A stretch of 62,627 bases of DNA, filler included, from Basidiobolus ranarum (GCA_040143965.1; 15 parts of 15 records of this genome joined end to end with filler, not necessarily neighbours in it); one strand, 5' to 3'. Numbered from the whole stretch's first letter, positions 25,040 to 40,029 are shown. Numbers and translations: made by a program. Notes: generated by a model from the letters alone, not told the origin.

Positions 25040-28000
25040 NNNNNNNNNNNNNNNNNNNNNNNNNNNNNNNNNNNNNNNNNNNNTTAATTAATTAANNNNN
25101 NNNNNNNNNNNNNNNNNNNNNNNNNNNNNNNNNNNNNNNCAACAAATAATGTCGGGCAAGAGTGACAGTTTCTCTTCGAATGAATACAACCGTTTTCTTG
25201 CCCAGGTCGGAATAACACCCGTAGAGCTCCCATAAGCCATAATAGACCAAAGAACAAGCCAATCAAATGAGCTCAATGCCGGTTTAATAAGCACACGTAC
25301 TCAGTAGAGTTTACGTAGATACTGACTTAATAAGTAACAATGGTTTCAACTAAATCTGTGTTTATTAACTTCTAAAACAACATGAAAAGAACCGACTCCA
25401 AATAGGAAATAGTTCTACAGCAGACTCTCTTGATGAATCAGTGATGGAGAGATGACCAAACTTGCTAAGCTGACACAACCATCACTATGAGTTCTTGGCC
25501 ACTCTTTCATACAATCGAGCTAGAACATTCTCTTTAGCATCCATCTATGGTTGCTGTGTGCTGGCAACAGCCATTCTACACCACAGAATATGACGAACTA
25601 GAATGGGCTAATGATATTTAATGAGCCTAGTGTCACGTCAGTCACCAAAATGTTGAGGTTTTGAGTCATTGCAAGTATAACCTGTCTATCTCCAGTGTTA
25701 ATTTAGCTATAGTTTGATGAGCAGTCCACTGAGGTATATAAGCTGAAGCTCGGTTGCTTCCTGGGTGTAATCACATACCTTTGTGGGGATCCGCCCTGCA
25801 ATCCTTCTGGGAGCTCAAGAAACCAATAAAAGCGCATCCACAGTAATTATAATTATTTAACTAACTGAGCGGGCAATACAAGAGACTTAATAAAGATCCG
25901 CATTGAATCACGCAGTACGATCTTAATGCTACAGAAAGTTTCTAAAGTACAAAAATCAATATAATTCTCACTAGTTGATGGTCTCTACGGAATTTCACGA
26001 ATTTTGGTACAATAATCAAACTCGTGTTGCATTAGGTATCCTAAGTTCCAGAATAAGTGAAATTTGGCTGGGAGTATGTCCAAATAGAGCCTTCTGATTG
26101 CATTAGTACATATGTAACTGTTCTACAACTGGCTTAGCAACGGATTCAAGGCCTAGTCAGACATCGTAACGCATTTATGAATACAGTAGGCTATTTGATC
26201 GTTTCATGTGGTTGCACAAGGTTTCTCACTATTGCTCAAAGTTTTCCCGTCCTTCATGACTGATTTCCGGATACACGACTATATCTTTGCGAACCCTCAA
26301 CATCATAATTGATGTCCATTTATTGCAACCAATCATCCATTGTATGATGCGCTCCTTGATTTCAACTCGGGAAGGGGCTCAAGACGAACAGGATTCACTA
26401 CTAGTTTAAGCTTCCCTTAATTCACCAACGATAATGATTTCAAAGCTTTGTCATATACTGGAGCGTGGATACTCATTCGCTCAGGAACGGGTGGAAAGAC
26501 CTTGTATTGTTAATGCTGCTTTACAATTGGGGCCTGATTTTCCGGTTCAAGTCAGCGAAACACAGCTTGAGTGAAATGGATCGCTGATTGGGTAAACGAT
26601 TAGGGCATTGGTCGGCCATTGCAGCCGTTGATTGAAGGCCAACTTAGCGAGGCTCGCAGATGATCATTCTGGTGAGTCGTTTCTTTCATCACGAGTGTGT
26701 GAACATCAGGTGAAGTCAAGACCCACAAAACAGGTGAAAACTGGCTGCTAAATATGTGATGGGAACTTATCAAAGCAATAGCGTCATTTGGCAAGGCATG
26801 GACGAACAATACTTGTGAAAATCTAGTTCCTCTTAAAACCCTTCCATTTGGTGGCAGACCGTGTTTTTGTAATCACTTTTGGAGCATATCTTATCCAATC
26901 TTATGGTAGTATGCTGCATGAATTCATTATCCAGGATGTGCAAGTACTCACCACAGAGATCTATACACTGAAATCATAGCCTGTAGCACTCGCACTACTC
27001 ACGAACTCCAGTGTAGATACGAGTCTAGCTTTTAAGTGGACGTCATGAGATGGTAAGCTGTATTTCAAAGGGTGTCCTAGGATTAATATGTGTGGGACTT
27101 AATAGGCATGTTCCAGTCGCAGATTCTAGGTCTGATTTGAAATGGAACAATCCTGAATATCTGAGAGTAGGATAGAGTTGAATTGGATTAGATTGGATAG
27201 AGCCTCCGCCAATACCATTATGGTACTCACCCGCAGCATTAATAATCAATCCGACATATTTAATAACTTCGCTAGGGCTAATTGAACAGCTAGTAGGTTG
27301 GTTATTAATTCACCTCTGCTAATCAAGCTTGTTTTGCCGGCTTACATCACTTTTTTGCGAATTAAGCTCGCTCTCAGAAAATGTGCAACCTGAAAGGGGT
27401 TTTTAGGAATCTGTGTTTCAATACCTGGTCCCCGAGTTACATGACTCCTGCTCTTGTTATGCAAAAGGCTACCTAGCATGATGTTACCTCGGACAGCCTA
27501 TTTTGGTATTGAGTCTCTTAAAAAGAGTTAATCGTAACCAAACAAACTATAGTATTGGGGTTAAAATATCGAGGGTAACAATTAGGAAATGGCATCCCAA
27601 GCCTTCGTGGTACCACAGCCAGTGTATTAAGGAGCAACGTTACATAGCCCATCTCTGATGTCGACAATATGAGTTCGAGATCAAAGAGTAAACCAAGCCT
27701 TGGTCAAAATAAATCACAGATAGATAATGGGGATGGTGAACCACAAGACTGGTGTTTGTGTAGAGAACATCAGTAGAGAGTGATCAAGGGCGATCTATTT
27801 CTAATCGGAACTGAGTGTCATGGCATATGTATTCCCAGTAGTTTAGAGAGCTTTTCAAATATAGAAAGGGTGTATGGATTCTTGGTTGTTATCTTGCAAT
27901 AGAACTCCTCAGGGGCTGAGTATGTACAGTTTGGACCAGCAAAGGTAATTCTGTGAGTAAATCTAATCAAATAGATCTACAAACACGAGGATTATGAAAA

Positions 28001-31000
28001 GGCATTGTAAGCGAGTATTATACGTTCAGCAGAAATTTGCCATAATAATCCTCAGATAGAGTCAGCACAAGTGGTTGATCTGGATACATCCCAGATGATC
28101 TAACGAAGCGTTCTCTCCAAAAGGTTAGGAACCTACGGCAAAAGTGATCATCATCAAGCCACCAAATGGCATCGGAACCGCTCCTCCCCAGAACCGCAGA
28201 GAGAGAATTCGAAAGAATCAATAGAAGGATGTACAGACTTTATTTGGCATGCATATACTCTACTCCTGTTTAAACACATCTGTATGAAGTTTGCAATTGA
28301 CCCTTCGTTCAGGAATCTACGTTCTCTCACAGAACATACTTTTCGATACTTAACGGTTGCACAACGTGGTGATCGAGCATTCGTAAGGTCTGGCTGGCTG
28401 GACCGGGATGGCTGTTCCAAGTGTATCCAGGGCCATACCGAAAGTAAGAATCACATTCATAATATATTCGATACAGGGATGGGAATTGGGATCGATTGTC
28501 AGCGATCTATCTTCAAGTATAAGCATGTATGGCCATAAGGCAAGTGTACCATTTGGGTCCTGAGAAATGATGGTCAGGGTTGACTGAAGTTCTATCAAAA
28601 TCCACGCTGATAGAAATTAATCAATCTAGAACCAAGTTTCTACGGATTCGCAGTTTATTCTTCAGTTCACACACATCTCATGAATGGCGATAATTAAATT
28701 TCATTTATGGGGGATCCAATGAGAGTGGTTATTAATGTTAATCAAAATTTAGGATGTTTGCGGTGAAGATTATCAAATATCCGAAATGTAGGGCGATAAC
28801 TACCAGTACGCTGGATTCTCCATCCTACGATCACATGCTAGCTGAATGAGGATACATTCGGTTATGTTGTGGCACAAGCTAATCCGAATTCGCAGTGCTG
28901 TTTCCACATTTTTGATTAAAATCACCTCACAGGAGTGCCAATGGATGGGCTTCTTGCGGCTCGGACCAGGCTAATGTTAGGCTATTGTTAGATAAACTCC
29001 CCCTTTTAAATGCTATATCGGGATTACGATACAGACCGAATATCGTCATCTCCATACTTTGCCAAGTAATAGCTGGCTTCCCCAATAATCCCTGGATCTG
29101 CTAAGCTCAGTTTGTGCGGACCACCACTATGTGCTTGCTGCGACAAGGGGCCTTGGAGTGAAAATCGTCCAGATTTAAGGGCAATTTCTGAAGGCGATGG
29201 CATCGTTGGAAAGCCTATTTGANNNNNNNNNNNNNNNNNNNNNNNNNNNNNNNNNNNNNNNNNNNNTTAATTAATTAANNNNNNNNNNNNNNNNNNNNNN
29301 NNNNNNNNNNNNNNNNNNNNNNGCAACAGAGCAACGAAAACCAAGCGCACTGGAGCAGTCAGAGGTTCGCAAATCTGAGTGAATGGTCATCAGTAGCTGC
29401 TATGATAAAGTTCGACTACCAACTATTTTCATACTTTTCTTTTTGAATAATTAGCGCTAAATATAGGAGACTTTAGGTTTATGTGTGAATAGGTGACTAT
29501 GTTTTGCATATTTAATGCTGTCAAGTACAGTATTTCTTACATATTAAATATTAAGTCTATCATTGAATATATAATTAAATAATACTTCGTCGAATAGTCA
29601 CATTTGGAGCTAAGCAATGCATTATTTTAGGCAATATTTTGGGTAACAGAGGAAGAATGATAAGTGTAAGAACTCAGTAGTTAATTAATTTTCTTATGTT
29701 GATCATGCATAATCTTGATTACGATATCACCTATTTCGCTCATACTTGATTAAATATATCAGATAGAGATACTAGAGCATATAAAGATAGGAACAATGTC
29801 ACCTCCACTGAAATAAACTTAACCAATTATAAAGTATTTAAATGCATTACTCAGATACTGCTACATTGAAGCTTATCCATACCTTGATTAAAATTGTGGA
29901 GTTAGCTATTCTAGAAAAATTAATTCTATAATATTAACTGTTATTGTGTGCAACCAACTCCACATCAGAATATCCAAAAATTAAGCATAAGTGAAGCACA
30001 TAAGGGAAGCACAACCATTAGTGAGCCTGGCCTTCGTGAAGTTTGTATTAAGTAGTAGGCGTTGAGTAGAAGGCGCCTTGGGGATTAATTGGTGTTGTAA
30101 TTGATACTGGCTAAAACTGGAATTCTGGCGGGGTTAGCCAAGATATTTTCTGATTGCAGTTTCTTCTCACTGGTTATTGATACTCTGTGATATTTGGTCC
30201 AAGTGATGGCTAAGGCTTCAAGTGCTTGCAAAGCCAAGTCAAATGCAATGGGCTCATGTTAGATAGAATTCCAGTGGGTAGTGCACTTGAAGAAGGTCTG
30301 GCAAGCCACTTCTTGATCACTGCCTTTCTATTGATTTATATAGAAAAGTAGTAATCTTGCTTTCAGCAGTTCCACTTTGATCTGATATGCAATGAATATA
30401 TGTGTACCATTCATAGCATTGGAGAACTTAGATGCCAAAGTCCATTCATAACAATTCTGGTCTTGGTAAAGCAGAATTTGAAGAATATTGCATGGCACAT
30501 GAGAGGAAATTGTGTCTAACCAACAGGTATTTCACTGCAAAGTAGAACAAAATTGGCCATGTAAGGCCCAAGTCTCTCTCTGATCATTATCTCTAATAAC
30601 TAGCAGTATCTTGCCTAAGAGAAAAAGGGGAAATCTTTATATTTTCAGCCAACAAGGAAAGCAAGGATCCATGAAATAGGTGAAGAAAGTCATGAAGTAA
30701 GACACCAAACAGATGAGAAAGTACTACATAGTCATAGGCCTATTCATTTGTTTGCACCAATTGGAAAGTACTCTATAATATTTTTTTCATTGCAATAGGG
30801 CTGGTTAAGTGCTAATAGAAGTGAAAAGAGTCACCAAACAATTGGAGAGTTTAGTATTAAGTTTGTTTCCACATTGGTCAAGCAGTAACATCTTGCTCAT
30901 TTATCCATGACATCTATGCAAAGTGTTAATATAAGTCAGGAATACATGAGACTTAATGAATCCCCACAGACTTCACAAATAGTAGTCATGCTTTTCATAT

Positions 31001-31270
31001 CTCTTTGGTGCACTATACTTTCTGGCACTGGTCTTTTCAATGTAGGAATCATAGACAATAAACCATAGTAGCCACTACTACAGTGAGTAATGTAGCAAGA
31101 GTTAAGTTCAATACTGGAAAGTCAATGATTAGAAACAGATTCATTATTCCTGTGAGAAATTCACAATTGCTGTATTACTATGTAGTCAAAGATTGATTTT
31201 GCCATTTAATGCCAAAGTTGGAGTGTGAACACTGTTGATAGTTAAAAAAGACAAGGACTGCCAGGAGATC

Positions 31271-31535
31271 TATTGGATAATTAATTGTTATTCCAGATCT
31301 TAGTTAACTTTAATTGTGACACATATGTCAGAAACAGAGGGCAACATATGTGTAGCCTCTATATTCTAAATAGGAATGTCTCTATATCTATATGACAAGT
31401 ATGTCTTGTTATCCCCACTGATCTATTATATCTTATTACATAAACTCCTGAATATCTCAAACAACTGATTTTCTTCTCTACTATTTAGGTCACCATATTC
31501 TCTTAAGAATAAAGTATCTAAAACACTATCATAAG
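31271..31535 (+). repeat. Repeat family D copy
   Basis: Colinear with 2699-2965. Confidence 0.75.
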
Positions 31536-32626
31536 TTGCCTCTAATCTACAAAGTCTACCCCCATTATATCAAAATCCTCCAACAATATCCTACTGTTTG
31601 ATTGCAGAGGGGAATGTCCATTTTTTGGTGATAACTGAGATGAAAAAATAAAGTTTCACTAGTTATTTTGGGCAAAACAGAGTAGCCATCTTGCTTTCAT
31701 TTATGTTGACAACTACTATTTGGCAAAGTCAATAATGAATACCAATTCAGCTGATACCATTCCCCATTGGATTGATTTAAAACTGTCACTAGCATCTGCC
31801 AATCTGCATTAACCACAAGTTGTGGTACCAATATATTTTTTGAGCTTATTCCATGGGACTAATATTATTGGTCTAGACTGCAAGTGACTTTGGAACTACT
31901 TGGAAAGAAAAGGGGCAACAAATGCAATATTGCCATCTGCTCTTTTGCAAACTAGGGATGTTTTGCCAAGCTTAAGCCAACCAATATCATTGATATTAAC
32001 TGGAGAGGCAACCAATTAAACTTTGCTTCAAAATACGGTAGGCACATTCATTGGGAAAGAGTCTGCTTGAATATTGTTACTTAACAAGCAAGCTCAACCA
32101 GTGCCACTTGGGGCTATGGGAGAACTATCCATTGGGGGGGGGTTGATATTGCACATAGTTATTTTCTAATTGCTGAGAGTTGAGTAGTGTGATAGTTAAA
32201 CATTCTGAAGTAGTTATGCCACAGAATCACAGTACACCTGCCACTACATCCTTAATGTTTGACCTGTTGCTGCTAATACATCTCACACAAGCTGAGATAG
32301 ATCCATTGTGGAGAAGACTCCATGAGGTGTCAATAATATTCCAGGAATCTAATCTCTAGCTCCATTACACTCTGCCTCCATTACAGGATGGTATCCTATT
32401 CAATCACCTTTTGGCCACGGAAGGAGATCCATATATCTTAGTCAATCACCAGGCTTTCAATAAAAGTGAGCATCTAAATCAATACCTAGCTACTGTTTAA
32501 CAAGTGGTAAATTGTCATGACATGTTGTAAACTGGCTTTATCTGGGAGAATTTAAACAATGGAACATAAGTTTATATCAATTAATGGATATAACATTGAG
32601 CAACTGAAAGAACAATTTGATCCTAG

Positions 32627-32718
32627 CCATTGTTGTATAGATTTAACCATTGTTATATAGATTTAACCATTGTTGTATAGATTTAACCATTGTTATATAG
32701 ATTTAACCATTGTTGTAT
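32627..32718. repeat. 20-bp minisatellite x4.5
   Basis: CCATTGTT(G/A)TATAGATTTAA with G and A alternating between units. Confidence 0.9.
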
Positions 32719-33504
32719 TTTGTGATTGTTTCTTGTGATTATACCGCCCAGCTCAGGCATAATTGGGAATGAGTCAACAAGTTCATGATCAATTCTTTAC
32801 GAACACACATTCGATCTATCTGATGTTCATGGGGATGGTGGCGACGTCACTGAACTACACCGAATGCTGCTACAACAACTAAATGACAGGCTGTATACTT
32901 CTTATCTTAGCCTTTTATGGTTGTATCTGTTGATTTCTGGTGATTTCTATTGATTTTTTAATCAATGTACATCAATTTATTGCATTCCCGAATTCCCAGA
33001 TTTCCGGATTTCCGGATTTCCAAATTTCCAGATTATCCTTTGCTGAATCATAGAATTCCACTATTGGCGTGAAATAAGGTAGAAATCTCGGTTATAAGTT
33101 TTACTAGCCTTGTATAGTAATCAAGCCATTAAGGTATCCCCAGCAAAATATTTCCCTTCAACTCTTATCAATTTTTACACAAATGACCCAGAGTTGAATA
33201 ACTATCTTAAGGTTAAGAGGGAATGTATTGGCCTTCAAGTGGCTATATTTATACTTTTGATGCTTCGTCAAAAAATAAACAAACCGAATATGTTAGGAAC
33301 GTGTGTGCAATGTTTGTGTTCATCTGTGAGAAATATGTTAAGGCGAATATTAATGACCAGTAGTTTATTATAGGTTTTCTTTATAGAAGGCTTCTAACTG
33401 TTTANNNNNNNNNNNNNNNNNNNNNNNNNNNNNNNNNNNNNNNNNNNNTTAATTAATTAANNNNNNNNNNNNNNNNNNNNNNNNNNNNNNNNNNNNNNNN
33501 NNNN

Positions 33505-33990
33505 CTGTTAGAGTAAACTCCATTGATTTGACAAAATCTACAGCAAGATAGTGCATTGTGCCCACAAAAACCTCCAAGTTTACTGATGGCAGGAGTGTCA
33601 CCAATACATACAATGCTATTAGCTTTAATAAAATATTCACCCATCTGAACCCCATTAGATAACCATTCAAAATTCACAATTAAAGGCTCCAAGAAGCTAT
33701 CTATAAGCACTGGTGATTTAGGTCCAGATATGATGGATAGGATCAAAATATTACAACTCTTATACCATTCAGAAGGAGGAAGATTCAAGTTGATTAAATT
33801 TATTGGCCAGCAAGCCTTTCCAACGCTCCATTTGTTCAGCAAGAAACCATCCGGAGCCAATGCAAATGCATGATCATACGTGTTCTCAAAGAAACCTTGA
33901 CTTGTCAGATTCTGGTGGTTATATCCATCAAGTATATTGGTAAAACCATGAGCTTTATGGTGAGTACTTTGGTACTAGCTAGCACAATAT
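33505..33990 (-). mobile_element. CACTA/EnSpm Tnp2-family transposase fragment
   Basis: DGF..WPINLINLNLPP..ISGPKSP..FLEPL..GDTPAISKLGGFCGHNALSCCRFC motif series. Confidence 0.85.
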
Positions 33991-34409
33991 CTTCAAAAAA
34001 TCATTGTGTCCAATTGTGGTGGGATGGTGCCATATTATTCATTATAGTGTCCAATCAAGTGTAATAAAACCTAGCCATGGTAACTGACAGACTGCACCTG
34101 ACAATGTGTTGGCAGGCTGGATCAAGCAGCACAATCAGACCAGGTCCAATGAAACAAGTCTATAGCACTATCAAGATGTGTACAAAATAATATGCATAAC
34201 GTATTAAGAAAGGTCCTAGGATCATATGTGTAAAGTTAACAACCATGAGTGCAGCTGTGATAAATTTATAAATATGAGAACTTCCAAGTTGATGAAGATA
34301 TTTTAGTATATACTGATTGAGCACCATTGCCAATATCTTGGAGAATTGTAGGATAATTGAATATTGTGCTGAATAAAGTTATATAGAAGCCTAGGAAAAG
34401 CTATATTCA

Positions 34410-35700
34410 ACCACTTTCTCTTAACTAAATAGTCTTAAGAACCAATCCTGAGAAAGTTCTAAACCATATAGGAAATTGGTACCAAGCTAACAGTTTGGTT
34501 TATAAGTCAGCAGCCATGACTCTACAGAGTAATATGTCAACAAATAGATGAGTTTCTTCAGCTTATTCAATAACATGCTGGTTAATATTTAAAAGTTTGT
34601 GCTTGGTATGGAATGAGATATTTCTAAGAAATCTAATACACCCTTAATGATATAACGATATTGCAGTTTGTGAATTTGAAACTAGCCCAAACATGTAAAG
34701 AGTTGTCTTTACTGAATTGTTCCTTCTGTTTCTTCTCAAGCAGTTATGTATCATGCTTTGTTGTTGCAAGGGCTGTAGTAGCTTTTTTGTTTTAATTGCA
34801 AGAAATAGCTAAATTAAAGCACAGAAACAGGTAGCCTAATGTGGATCCCATGTCTTTTATTTCTCTTCCTGAATTTTCATTGATAAATACCATTCTATAT
34901 TATTAGCCCTGCATACAAGTGGTTTAAGTATAGGTCCTTAGTACCATTATTTTATTTGAAAACTCAGCTACCTATTACAATTTGATCTGATCCATAATTT
35001 TTGAGATTACAACATATAACTCCAGCAGATTACACAATCCTGGGGCATATTCTGGTCATACTCTACATGAAACTACCAATAATAGATTTATAAGAGAATT
35101 GGAGCCTTCATTTTAACTGAAGAACATAGATTTGAGATATTTTTGGTCAATTCAATATTTATCTTAATTAGGGAAGATATTGGACTACTTTGTACTATTC
35201 CAAGCTTTTTAAATATATCTAGGCTATACTTAGGCTAAGTTAGATCTATTGTTTTGATTGGTGTTTCTTTCATGATTTGAATTCTGTGATTGCATTTCAG
35301 TTCAACAACAGCACATATTTTGAGTCTGGCAGATATATGGGACTTGCTCTCATCCAGACTCTCAAATCACTGGTATTTATCCCATAATTATTTACATAAG
35401 AGGTTGATCAATTGGACCGGTTTTATCTGGCCTGAACAGGTAACTAGAGTCAGTATTACTTCTTTGGAATATGCATGTTTCCCGTAAGGTAATCTGTCTT
35501 GCTAAACTCAGCCTCTGGGGATAGTTTATACTATATCATGTTTTCCAGAATCTGCTAGCTTTGTAAACATTTTCTATGTCTACAAACCAAACTTGGTGAT
35601 TCATAGAGATGTTATCCATACAATCACCATGCAAGGAAGCTACTTGATATCCATTTAATAGATATTAAAGTGAAATTTAGCAGAATCTCCAAAAATTAGT
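34410..35700 (-). mobile_element. Highly degenerate Copia RT/RNase H
   Basis: Minus-strand remnant STLGYLFLCFNLAISC..ATTALATT. Boundaries approximate. Confidence 0.55.
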
Positions 35701-36044
35701 CAACTTGAAACATACTTAGTATATTATGCATCAGGTTTGATTCTAAACTAAGCTTGAGAAGAAGTGGTGATATGCAGACTCCAAGTCAAACTTGTATTCC
35801 ACAACTTTGTTGAAATTTAATATAAGTAACTCATTACTATGCAGTTAGTTGATTCATAGCTTGATTATTTAGCCCCATTTATGACATACAGCAGTGCATG
35901 TGTATTGCTACAATTGATAGATATAGTAATTAGAACACTGTTACCAATCTTTACCATTTTTTCTATATCCTCTCCAAATTGCCTTAAATATTTATCCATA
36001 CTTTTAAGGTATAGCCTCATGTTCTAAGCTTGTGAAAAAGTCCT

Positions 36045-37324
36045 TGATATAAGTACTTAGGGGATTTGGAAATGTTTTGGCCAAGATTAGGATTTGGGAA
36101 TTAGACACTTAAGTTTTATTGAATTGAATATGTCCTATTTGTAGTTTACTATGAAATAGGACTATTGGACATGCTTAGATAATAACAAACAAGCTTGCCA
36201 AGCATGGGTGAAAATTCACGGTGATCTGGAGTAGATTTGAGAAAATAGTAAAAATTGATAAAGGTGATTTAATTGTTATTTCAATCAATTAGAGAAATAA
36301 AAATACATATATGAATGACAGAATTGTGTACTAAATAATCAGAATATTAATAAACTAACTACAAAATAATGAGTTGCTATTTACCTAATCTCAACATTCT
36401 CACTCAACTCATTATTTTGAATTTCTCTTAAACCTAACTTATATCTTAGTAATTCAAATTGTGCTTTAGTGAAAGGTTTGGTTAAGATGTCAGCTATCAT
36501 TTGTTCATTAGGGTAATAGACAAGTTCAATTATATCATTCTCTATTGCTTCTCTAACAAAATGATGCCCAATATAGGTATGTTGTTATTGCATGAAATGT
36601 AGGGTTTTTAGCTAACAATATTCAACTTTAATCATCTAGAAATACAGTAATAGCACATTTTTGCATGTATCCAATGTCTCTAAAGAAATTCCTTAACCAC
36701 ATAGCTTCTTGTGAAGTAGCAGAGGCAGCCATACACTCTGCTTCTGTAGTGGAAAGTGCTATGGTTGGTTGCTTCTTACTAATGCAAGTTATGGCTCCAT
36801 TACCATAGAGAAAAGTGTACCCCATTGTTGATCTTCTATCATCAAGATTTTTTCCCCAGTTTGCATCACTGTAGCTTTCAAATTCTGTGCATTGGGAGTG
36901 GCAGAGTATTCCAGAACTAGATCTACAGTTCCTCTCAAATATATAATTATTTGTTTTACCACAGTTTTGTGCTCAGATCCTGGATTTTTGAGATACTGGC
37001 CAGCAGTTCCCACTGCCACAGCATTGTCCAGACATGTTCCAACCATTGTATTTATTAAACTACCCACCATGGATTGATATGGGAACTCCTGGCTTTGATT
37101 TGAGTCATTTTGGGTCAAATTGGATTAAATTTTGATTAATTTCACATTGGCATCCATTGTTGTTGATACAGGCTTGCTATTCCCCATGTTGAAGTGTTTT
37201 AGGATGTCTAGAATGTATTTAGACTGATTCAGCATGATTTTCTCATTGGATTTATCTCTCTCAATTTGCATTCCAAGAAAATAACTTAATTCACCCATAT
37301 TGGTCATCTGAAATTGGTTGATAA
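36045..37324 (-). mobile_element. Copia family B RT/RNase H (37324-36397) plus 3' LTR (36396-36045)
   Basis: ORFs 37125-37307, 36789-37118 and 36628-36825 are pol pieces. The LTR is the reverse complement of 56361-56708. Confidence 0.88.
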
Positions 37325-37753
37325 TGCTGAAATTAGGTAAATAGCAACTAATTATTGAGTAGCTGGTTACTCATATTCTGATTATTTAGCACTCCATTCT
37401 GCCATTCCAAAATGTGTGTTTATTGCTCTGATGTTAGAAATATTGTTTAGATCACTTTTACCAAATTTCACTATTTTCTCAAAACTTCTACAAATCACCT
37501 CAAATTTTCACCTATGCTTAACAGGCATGTTTGATATGATCTAAGTGTTGAAAGTCTGGTGACTTGTGGTACAAGCAGTAGTTCNNNNNNNNNNNNNNNN
37601 NNNNNNNNNNNNNNNNNNNNNNNNNNNNTTAATTAATTAANNNNNNNNNNNNNNNNNNNNNNNNNNNNNNNNNNNNNNNNNNNNAGTTATAAGATAACTA
37701 AGTACCAAGCTATATATGACTATATAGGTGTTTAGGCAATGCTTACTTCAACA

Positions 37754-38742
37754 GGAGCTTGGTTGGATATTGCATATTCTGTGGGATTTAGATGTCAGTA
37801 TCTTAAAAATTATGGATTGATCAAATCATAGCAGTTATGTGAATTTTCAGAAATTTAAAGATACTGCAGCTCTGTGCTTAAAATACACATATTCTGGATC
37901 AAACTTTGATCTGATGGGGTATTCCAATGCAATTTGGGGCAGAGATATTGACAACAGAAGATCTATAACAGGATGCTTATTTCTTTGCTGTAATGGAGCA
38001 ATTTCTTGGAATTCAAAGAAACAACCTACTGTAGCACTTTCAACAATAGAAGCAGAATACATGGCTGCCAAGGAAGCAGCAAAAGAAGCAATATGGCTAA
38101 GAACCCTCTTAGCAGACTTAGGCTATTCTCAAAATTCTTTAACTATAACATTTCAAGATAACAGATGTCATATCAAATTAGCCAGATATCCCGTGTTTCA
38201 TAATAGAAGCAAACATATAGTTATTAGACCTCATTTCATTAGAGAGACTATAGAAAATAAGTTTATTGACTTAACTTATTGTTCTACAGAAGACATGATT
38301 ACTGATATACTAACCAAGCCATTAGCTAGACAGAAATTTGAGAAATTTAGACCTTCCTTTGGATTAGCTGATATGACTATTTAGTTGAGGGAGAGTGTTG
38401 AAGTTAGCATTACCTAAACATCTATATAGTCATATATAGCTTAAAACTTAGTTATTGTATACTTCACCAAGACATTATCCATTATTTTCAATTGGAATTT
38501 ACTTAGAATATTTTACCAACTTAGAAGTTCTTAAATATATAGAATTTTCAAGCATGTGCTAGAAGCCCCAAACTTTGCACATTTGTTTCTGTAGCCTTTC
38601 TTATAGCATTCTACACTTTAGTTTGCTTACATCTTGACAAAACTACAAACATTAACTTTCTACTCAATAAATCAATAAGTGAAATCCATCAATTTCCCTA
38701 ATTCTCTAAACCACTTCCAACTGGCTTCCAAATACTTTAGCA
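37754..38742 (+). mobile_element. Copia family A RNase H, PPT and 3' LTR (38396-38742)
   Basis: ORF 37839-38384 is RNase H; GAGGGAGAG PPT; TG...CA LTR of 347 bp. An inverted LTR A end lies at 37685-37753. Confidence 0.92.
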
Positions 38743-39040
38743 CTGTTAGCTCTTTTGACAACTCCATTTTGTCAAGGTGAATAAGGGGCACAGTATTTTC
38801 TTACTCAATTCCATGAACTTTGCAAAAGTGATTCAATAGTGTTGATGCATATTCTTCACCATTATCAGTACATATTTTCTTAATTTTAGTTCCAGTTTCA
38901 GTGTCCACAAGTGTTTTAAAGCCACTAACAATAGAGGGAGCTTCTTGTTTTCTTTCCATAAAGTAGACCCAAGTGTATCTTGTATGCTCATCAATAAATG
39001 TGATTAAATATCACTTTCCCCCTAAAGATACTGTAGCATA
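38743..39040 (-). mobile_element. Copia integrase core fragment
   Basis: Manual translation GGK*YLITFIDEHTRYTWVYFM..KIKKICTDNGEEY. Confidence 0.8.
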
Positions 39041-39551
39041 CTAATACTTATGTAGAGCATCTAGGTGTTGCTCTTGAAGCAATTTGTCTCCTTAACCAAA
39101 TTTGAAAAAAATAAGTTCTTGTCACAATATATCTACAAAGTATATTCTAGGTGTATATGTTATTGAATTGGCTGTAGTCAATAGTCAAAAATGAGAAATA
39201 CTAATACATTTTAGAACACATGTTGCAGTGTACTTCTGATTGCAATCAATAACCTAAAGTCATACCATGACTTACAATTGCAGATATTGACAATATGAAA
39301 TCAGGCCTTGCCCTTGCAAATCCAACTTCTGTACTGTAATTCAAGTACCAGAGGATGTTTTAATTGTCTATCCAACCAATACTGTCTTATTTAAGATGTT
39401 TATATATAAAGCAGCCCTGTGATCTCAAGTCAAGATAAGTAAATGATTTAGAGTATTTGGTCACATGGTTTGTAAAAGGCGGAACATTTGATTAGAAAAA
39501 TCACACCAAGTTGAACTGAAGTGAATTATTTCATTATTGTTGAATAAAGAA

Positions 39552-39623
39552 TGCCTGCTGCCGGGATTGAACTGGCGACCTTCAGTTTACGAGACTGACG
39601 CGCTACCACTGCGCTAAGCAGGC
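39552..39623 (-). tRNA. tRNA-Thr(CGU)
   Basis: GCCTGCTTAGCGCAGTGGTAGCGCGTCAGTCTCGTAAACTGAAGGTCGCCAGTTCAATCCCGGCAGCAGGCA; perfect acceptor stem, anticodon CGT, one A-C mismatch in the T stem. Confidence 0.88.
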
Positions 39624-40029
39624 TACCATATTCTTCATATTATTTCACTATCACCCATATCGAGAAACCTTCAATTTCCCCAAACCCGTCATAACTCTTG
39701 GAGCTCATTGCGAATTGTTGAAACCTTGCACAGCTTTGCCGATATTGATGATATGCACAAGATTAACAAAGCCACTAGCTTAAATGTTAGGTGAAGATGT
39801 AAGTGGCATGCATGTAGTAAAGTATTTGGAAAATTGAGTGGAGCTGAAACCATAGCAGACAATGAATCATCCGCAAAAGTACTTTAAAACCTAATACCAC
39901 AATTAGTGACTGAATACATGAACAGCTATCCAAGGTGAACTCGACTATCAGTATATATCTCAGGTTGAGTAACTAAAAGATTATACCATTAGATATGATG
40001 TTTATAATGCTGGATATCTTAATAAATAT

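Noticed and set aside
25140-29222. Short ORFs in contig 7, including a coding-like minus-strand tail near 29025-29222
   Set aside because: No recognisable domain or splice structure, so I cannot support a call.
32627-32718. CRISPR-like array
   Set aside because: The 20-bp units are contiguous with no spacers, in a eukaryotic context with no cas genes.
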